From Oscillospiraceae bacterium (GTDB lineage: Bacteria > Bacillota > Clostridia > Oscillospirales > Oscillospiraceae): a stretch of 64,000 nt of DNA. The notes beneath the pieces were generated by a model. The model had not been told where the DNA came from, made no database searches, and saw nothing but the letters and a program-made list of their open reading frames with translations. The translations under genes were made by a program, and so were the position numbers. Each line of letters begins with the position of its first letter. Position 1 is the stretch's first letter. The DNA is taken from NCBI GenBank assembly GCA_902795045.1, contig CADBJU010000002.1, positions 131,115 through 195,114 of the forward strand. Direction: 5' to 3'. Shown one piece after another: positions 35,871 through 44,042 of the stretch.

Positions 35871-36711
35871 CTTCTACCACCCCCAGATAGGCGTCGATGA
35901 CCTTTTCGTTGCGCTGGATCTCGTCCGGCGTGCCGTGGGCAATGAGCCGTCCGAAGTCCAGGACGTAAATGCGGTCGGAGATGTCCATGACCAGGTCCAT
36001 GTGGTGCTCGATGAGCAGGATGGTCACGTTGAAATCCTTTCGGATCTGCGCGATGAACTGTGTGAGGTCGCCTGTCTCCTGCGGGTTCATGCCGGCTGCC
36101 GGTTCGTCCAGCAGGAGAAGCGTCGGTTCGGTGGCAAGCGCGCGGGCGATCTCCAGGCGGCGCTGCTTGCCGTAGGGCAGCGAGGTCGCGAGATCATCCT
36201 TCTCGTCCTCAAGGCCCACCACACGCAGAAGCTCCATGACCTCGGCGCGGTGCCTCGCCTCCTCGGCGCTGTTGAAGCGGAAGGCGGCGGAGAAGAGATT
36301 GCTGGAGCGCTTCATGTGCTTGGCAATGAGAATGTTGTCGAACACCGTCATACTCTTCCACAGGCGGATGTTCTGGAAGGTGCGCGCCATGCCGAGTGCT
36401 GTAAGTTTATCGGGTGTGGGCTCCTTGATCTCATGGAACATGTCGCCGTTTGCGCCGAGATAGCTTTTTTTCATCTTGCCGTGGGGATAGTTTTCCACCA
36501 CGCACTCGCCGTCAAAGCTGACGCGGCCGTTGGTCGGCGCGTAGACGCCGGTGATGACGTTGAAGGCCGTGGTCTTGCCCGCGCCGTTGGGGCCGATGAT
36601 GGCGACGATCTCACCCTCACGCACCTCCATCGACAGGTCGTTGACAGCCACGACGCCGCCGAACTGCATGGTGACATGCTCCACCAGCAGCTTTGTTTTC
36701 TGCTCGCTCAT
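35857..36711 (-). CDS. livG: branched-chain amino acid ABC transporter ATP-binding protein LivG
   Basis: Walker A GPNGAGKTT, signature LPYGKQRRLEIARAL, Walker B LLLLDEPAAGMN. 14-nt overlap with livF. Confidence 0.9.
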   Translation of the reverse strand: MSEQKTKLLVEHVTMQFGGVVAVNDLSMEVREGEIVAIIGPNGAGKTTAFNVITGVYAPTNGRVSFDGECVVENYPHGKMKKSYLGANGDMFHEIKEPTPDKLTALGMARTFQNIRLWKSMTVFDNILIAKHMKRSSNLFSAAFRFNSAEEARHRAEVMELLRVVGLEDEKDDLATSLPYGKQRRLEIARALATEPTLLLLDEPAAGMNPQETGDLTQFIAQIRKDFNVTILLIEHHMDLVMDISDRIYVLDFGRLIAHGTPDEIQRNEKVIDAYLGVVEDAED

Positions 36712-37871
36712 GACTGTGCCTCCTTCGCCGGGTCTTTCTTCTTTTTCCGGAACAGGTCAGGCAGCTCCTTCTCGCCCATGATGCCCTCGCGGAAGAAGAG
36801 CACCACGATCATGATGATGACGGAGAAGACCACGAGCCTGAAGCCGTTGCGGAAAATGTTCGGCGCCTCGATGCCGAGAAACTTGCCGGAGTCGAGGCCT
36901 CTCAGCCACCACTCGGACGCTGCCACAAACAGCAGCGAGCCGATGACCGAGCCCGTGATGGAGCCGATGCCGCCGAGAACGACCATGAGCAGGATCTCAT
37001 AGGTCATGGCGGATTTGAAGTTGTTGGCCTGGGCGATCGACAGCACCATCGCAAGCGTCGCGCCCGCCACGCCCGCAAAGAAGGAGCTTGTGACAAAGGC
37101 GATCATCTTGTGCTTGGCGAGATTGATGCCCATGGCCTCCGCCGCCACCTCATCGTCACGGATGGCCTTGAAGGCACGGCCGTAGGTGGAATTGACGATC
37201 AGGACGATGAGGGTGATCGACACCGTGGCGATCAGGACCGGTACAAAGGTTGACAGACTCAGCTTTGTCCCTGCGATCTCTAATTTAAACTTGCTGGCGC
37301 GGGCAAAGTTTTTCAAAAGGTTGGAGCCGTTGGTGATGGGACCGAGCTTGCTCCACTGGAAGACGGCGCGGATGATCTCGGCAAAGCCGAGGGTCGCAAT
37401 GGCGAGGTAGTCGGATTTAAGGCGCAGGACCGGCAGGCCGATGAGCCACGCCATCAGCGCCGCGACGAGACCCGCCAGCACCAGCGCGATGAACACGCCG
37501 AGGGCCGTGCCGAAGCCTCCCATATGCTGGGAGAGCTTTTCCGGGATGGAGAAGCGGATGGCCGCGTCAAAGTACTGATACACTGCGTCGCGGGATTTGT
37601 CGGGGATGGTGAAGATGGCGTAGGTGTAAGCGCCCAGGAGCATGAAGCCCGCGTGGCCCAGGGAGAAAAGACCCGTGTAGCCGTTCAAGAGGTTCATGGA
37701 CACGGCGGCGAGGGCGTAGACAGAACCCTTTTGCAGCACAATAAGCAGCATGCCGAGCTTGTCGGTGGGCTTGATCCACTGGTCAAGGCAGAAGACCAGC
37801 GCGAGGAAGGCCAGCACGCAGAGGAAGGCGATCCAGGCATTTTTCCGTTTTTGGCTTTTGTTTTCGATCAT
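36708..37871 (-). CDS. livM: branched-chain amino acid ABC transporter permease LivM
   Basis: Polytopic membrane protein; SLGHAGFMLLGAY motif typical of LivM; 4-nt overlap with livG. Confidence 0.88.
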   Translation of the reverse strand: MIENKSQKRKNAWIAFLCVLAFLALVFCLDQWIKPTDKLGMLLIVLQKGSVYALAAVSMNLLNGYTGLFSLGHAGFMLLGAYTYAIFTIPDKSRDAVYQYFDAAIRFSIPEKLSQHMGGFGTALGVFIALVLAGLVAALMAWLIGLPVLRLKSDYLAIATLGFAEIIRAVFQWSKLGPITNGSNLLKNFARASKFKLEIAGTKLSLSTFVPVLIATVSITLIVLIVNSTYGRAFKAIRDDEVAAEAMGINLAKHKMIAFVTSSFFAGVAGATLAMVLSIAQANNFKSAMTYEILLMVVLGGIGSITGSVIGSLLFVAASEWWLRGLDSGKFLGIEAPNIFRNGFRLVVFSVIIMIVVLFFREGIMGEKELPDLFRKKKKDPAKEAQS

Positions 37872-37886
37872 ATCCTTCCCCTCCTC

Positions 37887-38813
37887 TCAGACCTTGTCGG
37901 TGCTCTTCTCGCCGAAGAGGCCGGTGGGCTTGAATACCAGAATGATGATGAGCAGCACGAAGGTGAAGGCGTCGGAGAAGGTGGCAAGGCCGATCTGCTC
38001 GCTGATGACGCCGTTGACAATGAGGATGGTGTCAAGGCCCTTGATGACGCTCTCGGCAATGCCGATGATGAAAGCGCCGATCACAGCGCCGGGGATGGAG
38101 CCGATGCCGCCGAACACCGCCGCCACGAAGGCCTTCAGGCCGGGCATGGCACCCGAGGTGGGCACGACGCCTGGGTAGTTGGTGAAGAAGAGGATGGAGC
38201 CGACGGCGGCGAGGAAGGTGCCGATGATGAAGGTCGCGGAGATGACGCGGTTGATCTGAATGCCCATGAGCTGGGAGGTCTCAAAATCGCGGGACACGGC
38301 GCGCATGGCCATGCCGATCTTGGTGTGATTGATGAGCATGACGAGGGCGAAGACCAGTACGATCGTGAGAAAGGGCGTGATGACCGTGACGCGGGAGGTC
38401 TCCATGCCGAAGAGGCTGATGCGGTCCGAGATCCACGGGATCTGAGGATAGTTCTTGTTCAGGCCGCCTGTGATGTAAAGGGCGAGGTTCTGCAGCAGAT
38501 AGCTCACGCCGATGGCGGAGATCATGACGGACATGCGCGGCGCGGTCCTGAGCGGCTTATAGGCCACGCGCTCAATAGTGAAGCCCAGCAGAACCGTGAT
38601 GAGGATCATCAACGGGATCGCGAGATACAGCGGCAGGGAAGCCGAGAGATACACCATCATAAGTCCCGCCACCATGAACACATCGCCGTGCGCGAAGTTG
38701 ATCAGGCGCAGGATGCCGTAGACCATGGTGTAGCCGATGGCGATCAGCGCGTACTGCCCGCCCACCGAGATGCCGGAAATGATATAAGGGAGGGTCGTTT
38801 TCAAAACATCCAT
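37887..38813 (-). CDS. livH: branched-chain amino acid ABC transporter permease LivH
   Basis: Polytopic membrane protein; LINFAHGDVFMVAG motif typical of LivH. Confidence 0.88.
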   Translation of the reverse strand: MDVLKTTLPYIISGISVGGQYALIAIGYTMVYGILRLINFAHGDVFMVAGLMMVYLSASLPLYLAIPLMILITVLLGFTIERVAYKPLRTAPRMSVMISAIGVSYLLQNLALYITGGLNKNYPQIPWISDRISLFGMETSRVTVITPFLTIVLVFALVMLINHTKIGMAMRAVSRDFETSQLMGIQINRVISATFIIGTFLAAVGSILFFTNYPGVVPTSGAMPGLKAFVAAVFGGIGSIPGAVIGAFIIGIAESVIKGLDTILIVNGVISEQIGLATFSDAFTFVLLIIILVFKPTGLFGEKSTDKV

Positions 38814-38990
38814 AAGCGGATTTCCTTCCTGTGAGGAGTTTTAATATGCGTACCGGATGAAAAAGTGTGGAGTTTGGCGTGCGGAGTTAAGCAGTCGGTA
38901 AACCGCTGACCCACTTTTTCATATACATGCAAGTGCTGGCGGGAGCTGTGACCCCCGCCAGCGAAGAAATCATTTGATTGATCCGGAAAC

Positions 38991-40151
38991 TCAGCCGACA
39001 GTGGCGACAGACACGAAGTCCCAAACGCCGGTCTCGGTATTGCACTGCTTGACGAAAGCGCTGTCACGCACGGCATCGCCGATCTCGTCGAAGGCAATGG
39101 GGCCGGTCACGCCGGTGTAGCTGACGGTGGGCAGGACCTCGAGCACGTCGGCAGGATCGGTGGAGCCTGCGGCCTTCAGGGCCTCGAGAGCCATGTAGTA
39201 GGCGTCATAGCCCATGACGGTCACGGCAGCCAGCTCGTCATTGCCGCCGTTGTTGGCAAGAGCGGTAGCGTCGGAGTTGATCCAGGACTTGATGCCCGCG
39301 TCGAACTCGGCGTCAGCGCCTTCCTGATAGAAGGTGGTCACGCAGATTTTGACATTGGTGCCCTTGGCGGCCTGGAGGATAACGTTGGAGTCCCAGGTGT
39401 CGCCGGCGAGGATGGGCATGCCGAGCGCCTGGGTGTCAGCCTTGGCAATGATCTGGGCGGCAGCCTCGGTGGAGACAGGAGCGAAGAAGACATCGCAGCC
39501 CTGGTTCTGGGCATTGGTGATGTAGGTGGAGTAGTCGGAGGTGCCTTCCGGGAACTGCTCGTAGACGCAGTTGTCCTTGCCGAAGGCTTCGATAAAGTAG
39601 TTGCACAGACCGCCGGAGTAGTCATCGCCCTGCTTGGCCAGGCAGTAGGCCTTGGTGGCGCCGAGCTCAGCCTTGGCGAAGTTTGCAAGGACGGTGCCCT
39701 GGAAGGGATCGAGGAAGCAGATGCGGAAGTACACATCGCAGCCCGCGGTGACCTGGGGGTTGGTGCAGGTGACGCCGATGGCGGGGACGCCGGCAGCATC
39801 AAAGGTGTCGCTTGCGGCGATGGAGACGCCGGAGCCGTAGGAGCCGAGGACCAGGGACACGCCGCTGGAAATCAGGGTCTGGGCCGCGGTGGGCGCCTTG
39901 TCGTTGGAGGAGGCGTTGTCAGCGTAGACAAGCTCCACATCGTATGTGGTGCCGCCGATGTCGACGGTGGGGGTCAGGTGGTTTGCGTACTGCATGCCCA
40001 GAATCTCCTGCTTGCCGCCGGCGCCGTTGTCGCCGGACTGAGGCTCGAACACGCCGATTTTCACGACGGGGTTATCGGCATGGGCAACGCCGACAGAACA
40101 CAGGGCAAAGATCATGATCAGGGCCAGTGTTAAAGACAGAACCTTTTTCAT
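38991..40151 (-). CDS. LivJ/LivK-type amino acid ABC transporter substrate-binding protein
   Basis: GGGAGG RBS before the ATG at 40151, an internal Met of ORF 38991..40223. Signal peptide MKKVLSLTLALIMIFALCSVGVAHA; periplasmic-binding-protein type I layout (KIGVFEPQSGDNGAGG). Confidence 0.88.
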   Translation of the reverse strand: MKKVLSLTLALIMIFALCSVGVAHADNPVVKIGVFEPQSGDNGAGGKQEILGMQYANHLTPTVDIGGTTYDVELVYADNASSNDKAPTAAQTLISSGVSLVLGSYGSGVSIAASDTFDAAGVPAIGVTCTNPQVTAGCDVYFRICFLDPFQGTVLANFAKAELGATKAYCLAKQGDDYSGGLCNYFIEAFGKDNCVYEQFPEGTSDYSTYITNAQNQGCDVFFAPVSTEAAAQIIAKADTQALGMPILAGDTWDSNVILQAAKGTNVKICVTTFYQEGADAEFDAGIKSWINSDATALANNGGNDELAAVTVMGYDAYYMALEALKAAGSTDPADVLEVLPTVSYTGVTGPIAFDEIGDAVRDSAFVKQCNTETGVWDFVSVATVG

Positions 40152-40181
40152 TTTGTTTCCTCCCTTTTTGAGTCCGTATTT

Positions 40182-40199
40182 CAAAGACAGCTGTCTTTG
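40182..40199. promoter_or_regulatory. 18-bp perfect palindrome in the liv operon leader (candidate operator or hairpin)
   Basis: caaagacagctgtctttg, located between a candidate promoter (minus strand TTGCAA, 17 nt, CATAAT) and the livJ-type RBS. Confidence 0.3.
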
Positions 40200-40293
40200 T
40201 TCTAACACATGATTATTATGCACGTTAAACCGTTAAATTGCAATTGTGGTTTTTTTGAAAAATTTGAAGCAAATCTTTTCCTCTTTCGTCAAT

Positions 40294-41511
40294 TTAGACA
40301 ATGACCGTGCTTTTCCGCCAATCCTCCCCGGGCTCACACCGTCCCGCTGACGGACAGACCAGGCGGTAGAGCTCATGCGCCTCCGCGCCGAGTCTGAACA
40401 CTTTCTGAGCCTGCAATCCGGCTCTTTTGATCTCTCCCGATTTGTTTAGGACCGGCAGCGGCGTTTTCCCCCGCAGAGACGCAAGCTGAGCTCTCCCCTT
40501 CTCGCTTGCGGCGAGGACGCGGATGTAGGACGGGGCGGTCTTTGTATCTTCTGCACAAAGGCCGAGAGCGGCACCATACAGCATACGCCGCATGCGGGCC
40601 GCGGTATACCGTTTTCCGGAGCCCTCCCTGACGATTTCGTCCATGCTCCCGCACATCCACAGGGCGCGGTACAGCCGACGGCCCGCGCCGCCGCCCGCGT
40701 CCGGCAGGTCGTCGAAGTCCTTCGGGGCGAGCCGGTACAGGCGCGACAGCAGCGCGGTTTCAAGCAGGTCCCGGCGGGGCGTTCGGCCTGCCTGTATCTC
40801 GCGGGTGAATACCGTCATGGCGGGCGCAGGGATGTGGACGGAGATGTCCCCACCGCCGCGCAGCAATTCACGCAGGCGCATGGCGGAGGGGTACTCCCCT
40901 TCTCTCTTGCTGTCATGGGCGACGCCTTCACGGCGGATCGCCAGCGGCTCTATCCCCACGCCTGTTTTGGCTATTGCCTTAAGGTACTCCACCGCGAGGA
41001 TGTCATTGGGGTTTGACAGCAGCGCCGCCGCGTCCCCCAGTGCCTCCGCCGCCGCAAGCTGCCGGGCGCGGGCGAAGGAGAGCGTTTCGTCCGCGTCCAT
41101 GAGGGCATGGATGCGGTCCTGGGCTTCTTTCCCTGAGAGGAAGGCCGCAAGGGAACGCAGCGCCAAAGTGTCCGCGCTCTCGCTGCCGAAGCTGAGAGTG
41201 TCGCAGCCGAGGGCCGAGAGCAGGGACACCGATCCGAAGGCGAAGCCCTCGGCAGAGCTTAAGCACCAGGGCAGCGGCAGTTCGACCACGAGATCTGCCC
41301 CGCAGCGGCAGGCGGCCTCCGCGCGGGCAAATTTGTCGAAGACCGCAGCTTCGCCCCGCTGTACGAAATCACCTGACATGACGCAGACCGTCACCGTGTC
41401 CGCACCAAACAGGCGGCGGGTCTCGTTCAATTGATAGAGGTGCCCATTATGAAAGGGGTTATACTCACAGACAATGCCGACTGTATGCAAAATTACTTCT
41501 CTCCCTGCCAT
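40294..41511 (-). CDS. tmcAL: tRNA(Met) cytidine acetate ligase TmcAL (YlbM/UPF0348 nucleotidyltransferase)
   Basis: N-terminal GIVCEYNPFHNGHLYQL (HxGH nucleotidyltransferase motif) and overall about 400 aa layout as in YlbM/TmcAL. Confidence 0.85.
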   Translation of the reverse strand: MAGREVILHTVGIVCEYNPFHNGHLYQLNETRRLFGADTVTVCVMSGDFVQRGEAAVFDKFARAEAACRCGADLVVELPLPWCLSSAEGFAFGSVSLLSALGCDTLSFGSESADTLALRSLAAFLSGKEAQDRIHALMDADETLSFARARQLAAAEALGDAAALLSNPNDILAVEYLKAIAKTGVGIEPLAIRREGVAHDSKREGEYPSAMRLRELLRGGGDISVHIPAPAMTVFTREIQAGRTPRRDLLETALLSRLYRLAPKDFDDLPDAGGGAGRRLYRALWMCGSMDEIVREGSGKRYTAARMRRMLYGAALGLCAEDTKTAPSYIRVLAASEKGRAQLASLRGKTPLPVLNKSGEIKRAGLQAQKVFRLGAEAHELYRLVCPSAGRCEPGEDWRKSTVIV

Positions 41512-41542
41512 GTATGTATTCTCATCCTAATCGATTTAATAT

Positions 41543-41680
41543 GTTTTTGAGGGAGCTTTGCTTCCCCGAAAACACCCTGAGCTGAGCTATGCGAGGCCTC
41601 GCGCCGACCAAACACGGCGTGTCACGATCCGCCGTGTGCGATAAGCGCGAGTACTCAATTGCGAACCGCGTTCGCAATTG
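41543..41680 (+). repeat. structured multi-hairpin intergenic repeat, family A, copy 1
   Basis: gtttttgagggagctttgctt..gcgaggcctcgcgccga..acacggcg/cgccgtgt stem..gcgataagcgcgagt..aattgcgaa/ttcgcaatt hairpin. An inverted copy lies at 56738-56929. Confidence 0.7.
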
Positions 41681-41690
41681 AAAAATAATC

Positions 41691-41718
41691 TTGCTTTTTC
41701 CTGTAAATGTATTAGAAT
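41691..41718 (+). promoter_or_regulatory. candidate promoter for ackA
   Basis: TTGCTT, 16 nt, TAGAAT, about 58 nt upstream of the ackA ATG. Confidence 0.35.
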
Positions 41719-41776
41719 AGACACAGGCATATTTTATAGGACAATCGCAGCAATTACAATAGAAAGGGAAAGTAAC

Positions 41777-42973
41777 ATGAAAATTTTAGTCATCAACGCC
41801 GGCAGTTCCTCGCTCAAGTACCAGCTCATCGACATGGAGACCGAACAGGTCATGGCCAAAGGCCTTTGCGAACGCATCGGCATCGACGGTCATCTCAAGC
41901 ACAGCCCCCTGGTCGGCGGCAAGCCCGTCTTCAATGAGGACGTCGCCATGCCCACCCACTCCGAGGCCATCGCGGCTGTCATCGACAAGCTCACGAGCGC
42001 GGAATACGGCGTTGTCAGCTCCATGAAAGAGATCGACGCTGTCGGTCACCGCGTGGTCCACGGCGGCGAGAAGTTTGCTTCCTCCGTCAAGATCGACGAC
42101 GCCGTCATGGCCGCCATCGAGGAGTGCATCCCCTTCGCCCCTCTGCATAACCCCGCCAACATCACCGGCATCAAGGCCTGCCGCGACGTGATGGGTGACG
42201 TGCCCATGGTCGCCGTGTTCGACACCGCCTTCCACCAGACCATGCCCGGCAAGGCCTATCAGTACGCTGTCCCCTATGACTACTACAAGAATGACGGCAT
42301 CCGCCGCTACGGCTTCCACGGCACCTCCCACCGCTACGTCTCCGGCCGCTGCGCCGAGATGATGGGCAAGCCCATCGAAGAGCTCAAGCTCATCTCCTGC
42401 CACATGGGCAACGGCTCCTCCATCTGCGCCATCGACGGCGGCAAGAGCGTCGATACCTCCATGGGCTTTACGCCTCTGGTGGGCCTGCCCATGGGCACCC
42501 GCTGCGGCGATCTGGACGCGGGTGTCATCCAGTTCATCATGAACAAGTACGGCATCGACATCAACGAAATGCTCAACATCCTCAACAAGAAGTCCGGCGT
42601 GCTGGGCGTGTCCGGTGTCTCCTCCGACTTCCGTGACCTCTCCGCTGCCGCTGCCGAGGGCAACGAGCGTGCCCAGCTCGCCCTCGACATGTTCAGCTAC
42701 TGGGTGGCCAAGGTCGCCGGCTCCTATGTTGCCGCCATGAACGGCGTGGACGCCATCATCTTCACCGCCGGTGTCGGCGAGAACGACAAGGATACCCGCG
42801 CCGCCATCGCCAAGTACTTCGGCTACCTCGGCGTCAAGATCGACGAGGCCGCAAACTCCAAGCGCGGCGAGGACATCATGATCTCCACCCCCGACTCCAA
42901 GGTCAAGGTCTTCGTCATCCCCACCAACGAGGAGCTCGTCATCGCGCGCGACACCAAGGCCATCGTCGGCTGA
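41777..42973 (+). CDS. ackA: acetate kinase
   Basis: MKILVINAGSSSLKYQL N-terminus, plus GHRVVHGG, FDTAFHQTMP, YGFHGTSH and IPTNEELVIARD. Confidence 0.95.
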   Translation: MKILVINAGSSSLKYQLIDMETEQVMAKGLCERIGIDGHLKHSPLVGGKPVFNEDVAMPTHSEAIAAVIDKLTSAEYGVVSSMKEIDAVGHRVVHGGEKFASSVKIDDAVMAAIEECIPFAPLHNPANITGIKACRDVMGDVPMVAVFDTAFHQTMPGKAYQYAVPYDYYKNDGIRRYGFHGTSHRYVSGRCAEMMGKPIEELKLISCHMGNGSSICAIDGGKSVDTSMGFTPLVGLPMGTRCGDLDAGVIQFIMNKYGIDINEMLNILNKKSGVLGVSGVSSDFRDLSAAAAEGNERAQLALDMFSYWVAKVAGSYVAAMNGVDAIIFTAGVGENDKDTRAAIAKYFGYLGVKIDEAANSKRGEDIMISTPDSKVKVFVIPTNEELVIARDTKAIVG

Positions 42974-42991
42974 TTTTTCCGTAAATACAGA

Positions 42992-43019
42992 GGCCGCACC
43001 GGACCGGTGCGGCCTTTTC
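42992..43019 (+). terminator. rho-independent terminator after ackA
   Basis: ggccgcaccgg-a-ccggtgcggcc followed by TTTT. Confidence 0.7.
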
Positions 43020-43044
43020 CGAAACATATCAAGGAGGTTTCCCG

Positions 43045-43977
43045 ATGCCCACATTTGTTGATTTTTACTTCCCCTCCAGCACCGGACGCAATACCATCCA
43101 CGGCCTCAAGTGTCTGCCCGACGGCAAGCCGAAGGCCGTTGTTCAGATCGCCCACGGCATTGCCGAGCATATCGAGCGCTACCGCCCCTTCATGTCCTTC
43201 CTCGCCGAAAACGGCTATGTCGCCGTCGGCAACGACCATCTCGGCCACGGCAAGACCATCCGCATCCCCGAGGAGCAGGGCTTCTTTGCCGAGGAAAACG
43301 GCTGGGACTATGTGGTCGCCGATATGGACAACCTGCATGACCTGATAAAGCGGGATTTCCCGAATGTCCCCTATGTCTTCTTCGGCCACAGCATGGGCAG
43401 CTTTCTGACCCGCACCTACCTCATCAAGCATCCCGACAAATATGACGCCGCCATCATCAGCGGCACCGGCCACCAGTCACGCCTGATGGTTATCGGCGGC
43501 TACGCGGCTTCCTGCTTCTTTGTGCTCAAGGACGGCGCACACACCGTCGGCACCACGCTCAATAACATTGCCTTCGGCTCCTACAACAAGGGCTATGAAA
43601 ATCCCCGCACGATCTACGACTGGCTCAGCCGCGATCCCGCCGTGCCCGACGCCTACGCCGCCGATCCCCTCTGCGGCTTCATTGCCACGAACGGCCTCTT
43701 CTGCGACATGATGTACGGCATCAAGTTCATCACCGATCAGGCCAACATCAACAAGATGAACAAGGAGCACCCCATCTACTTCATGTCCGGCGACGCGGAC
43801 CCCGTTGGTGAAAACGGCGAAGGGGTCAAGCGGGCTTACGAGGCTTTCTGCAAGGCTGGCCTGCACGATGTGTTCATCCGCCTCTACCCCGGCGGACGGC
43901 ATGAGATGCTCAACGAGACCAACAAGGACGAGGTCTATCAGGACCTCCTGACCTGGCTCAAGGAGCGCGTCGGCTGA
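43045..43977 (+). CDS. alpha/beta hydrolase (lysophospholipase/monoacylglycerol lipase-like)
   Basis: HG oxyanion context VQIAHGIAEH, nucleophile elbow GHSMGS, C-terminal GGRHEMLNE. Confidence 0.85.
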   Translation: MPTFVDFYFPSSTGRNTIHGLKCLPDGKPKAVVQIAHGIAEHIERYRPFMSFLAENGYVAVGNDHLGHGKTIRIPEEQGFFAEENGWDYVVADMDNLHDLIKRDFPNVPYVFFGHSMGSFLTRTYLIKHPDKYDAAIISGTGHQSRLMVIGGYAASCFFVLKDGAHTVGTTLNNIAFGSYNKGYENPRTIYDWLSRDPAVPDAYAADPLCGFIATNGLFCDMMYGIKFITDQANINKMNKEHPIYFMSGDADPVGENGEGVKRAYEAFCKAGLHDVFIRLYPGGRHEMLNETNKDEVYQDLLTWLKERVG

Positions 43978-43996
43978 CGCCGTCGTTAATCACTGC

Positions 43997-44031
43997 AAAA
44001 AATGACGCTGCTTTCGCAGCGTCATTTGTGT
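43997..44031. terminator. bidirectional terminator between hydrolase and ispH-S1 genes
   Basis: aatgacgctgc-tttc-gcagcgtcatt flanked by A6 and a T-rich tract. Confidence 0.7.
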
Positions 44032-44042
44032 TTGTCGTTGAA

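Noticed and set aside
41786-43054. 422-aa minus-strand ORF opposite ackA
   Set aside because: ackA motifs are unambiguous on the plus strand.
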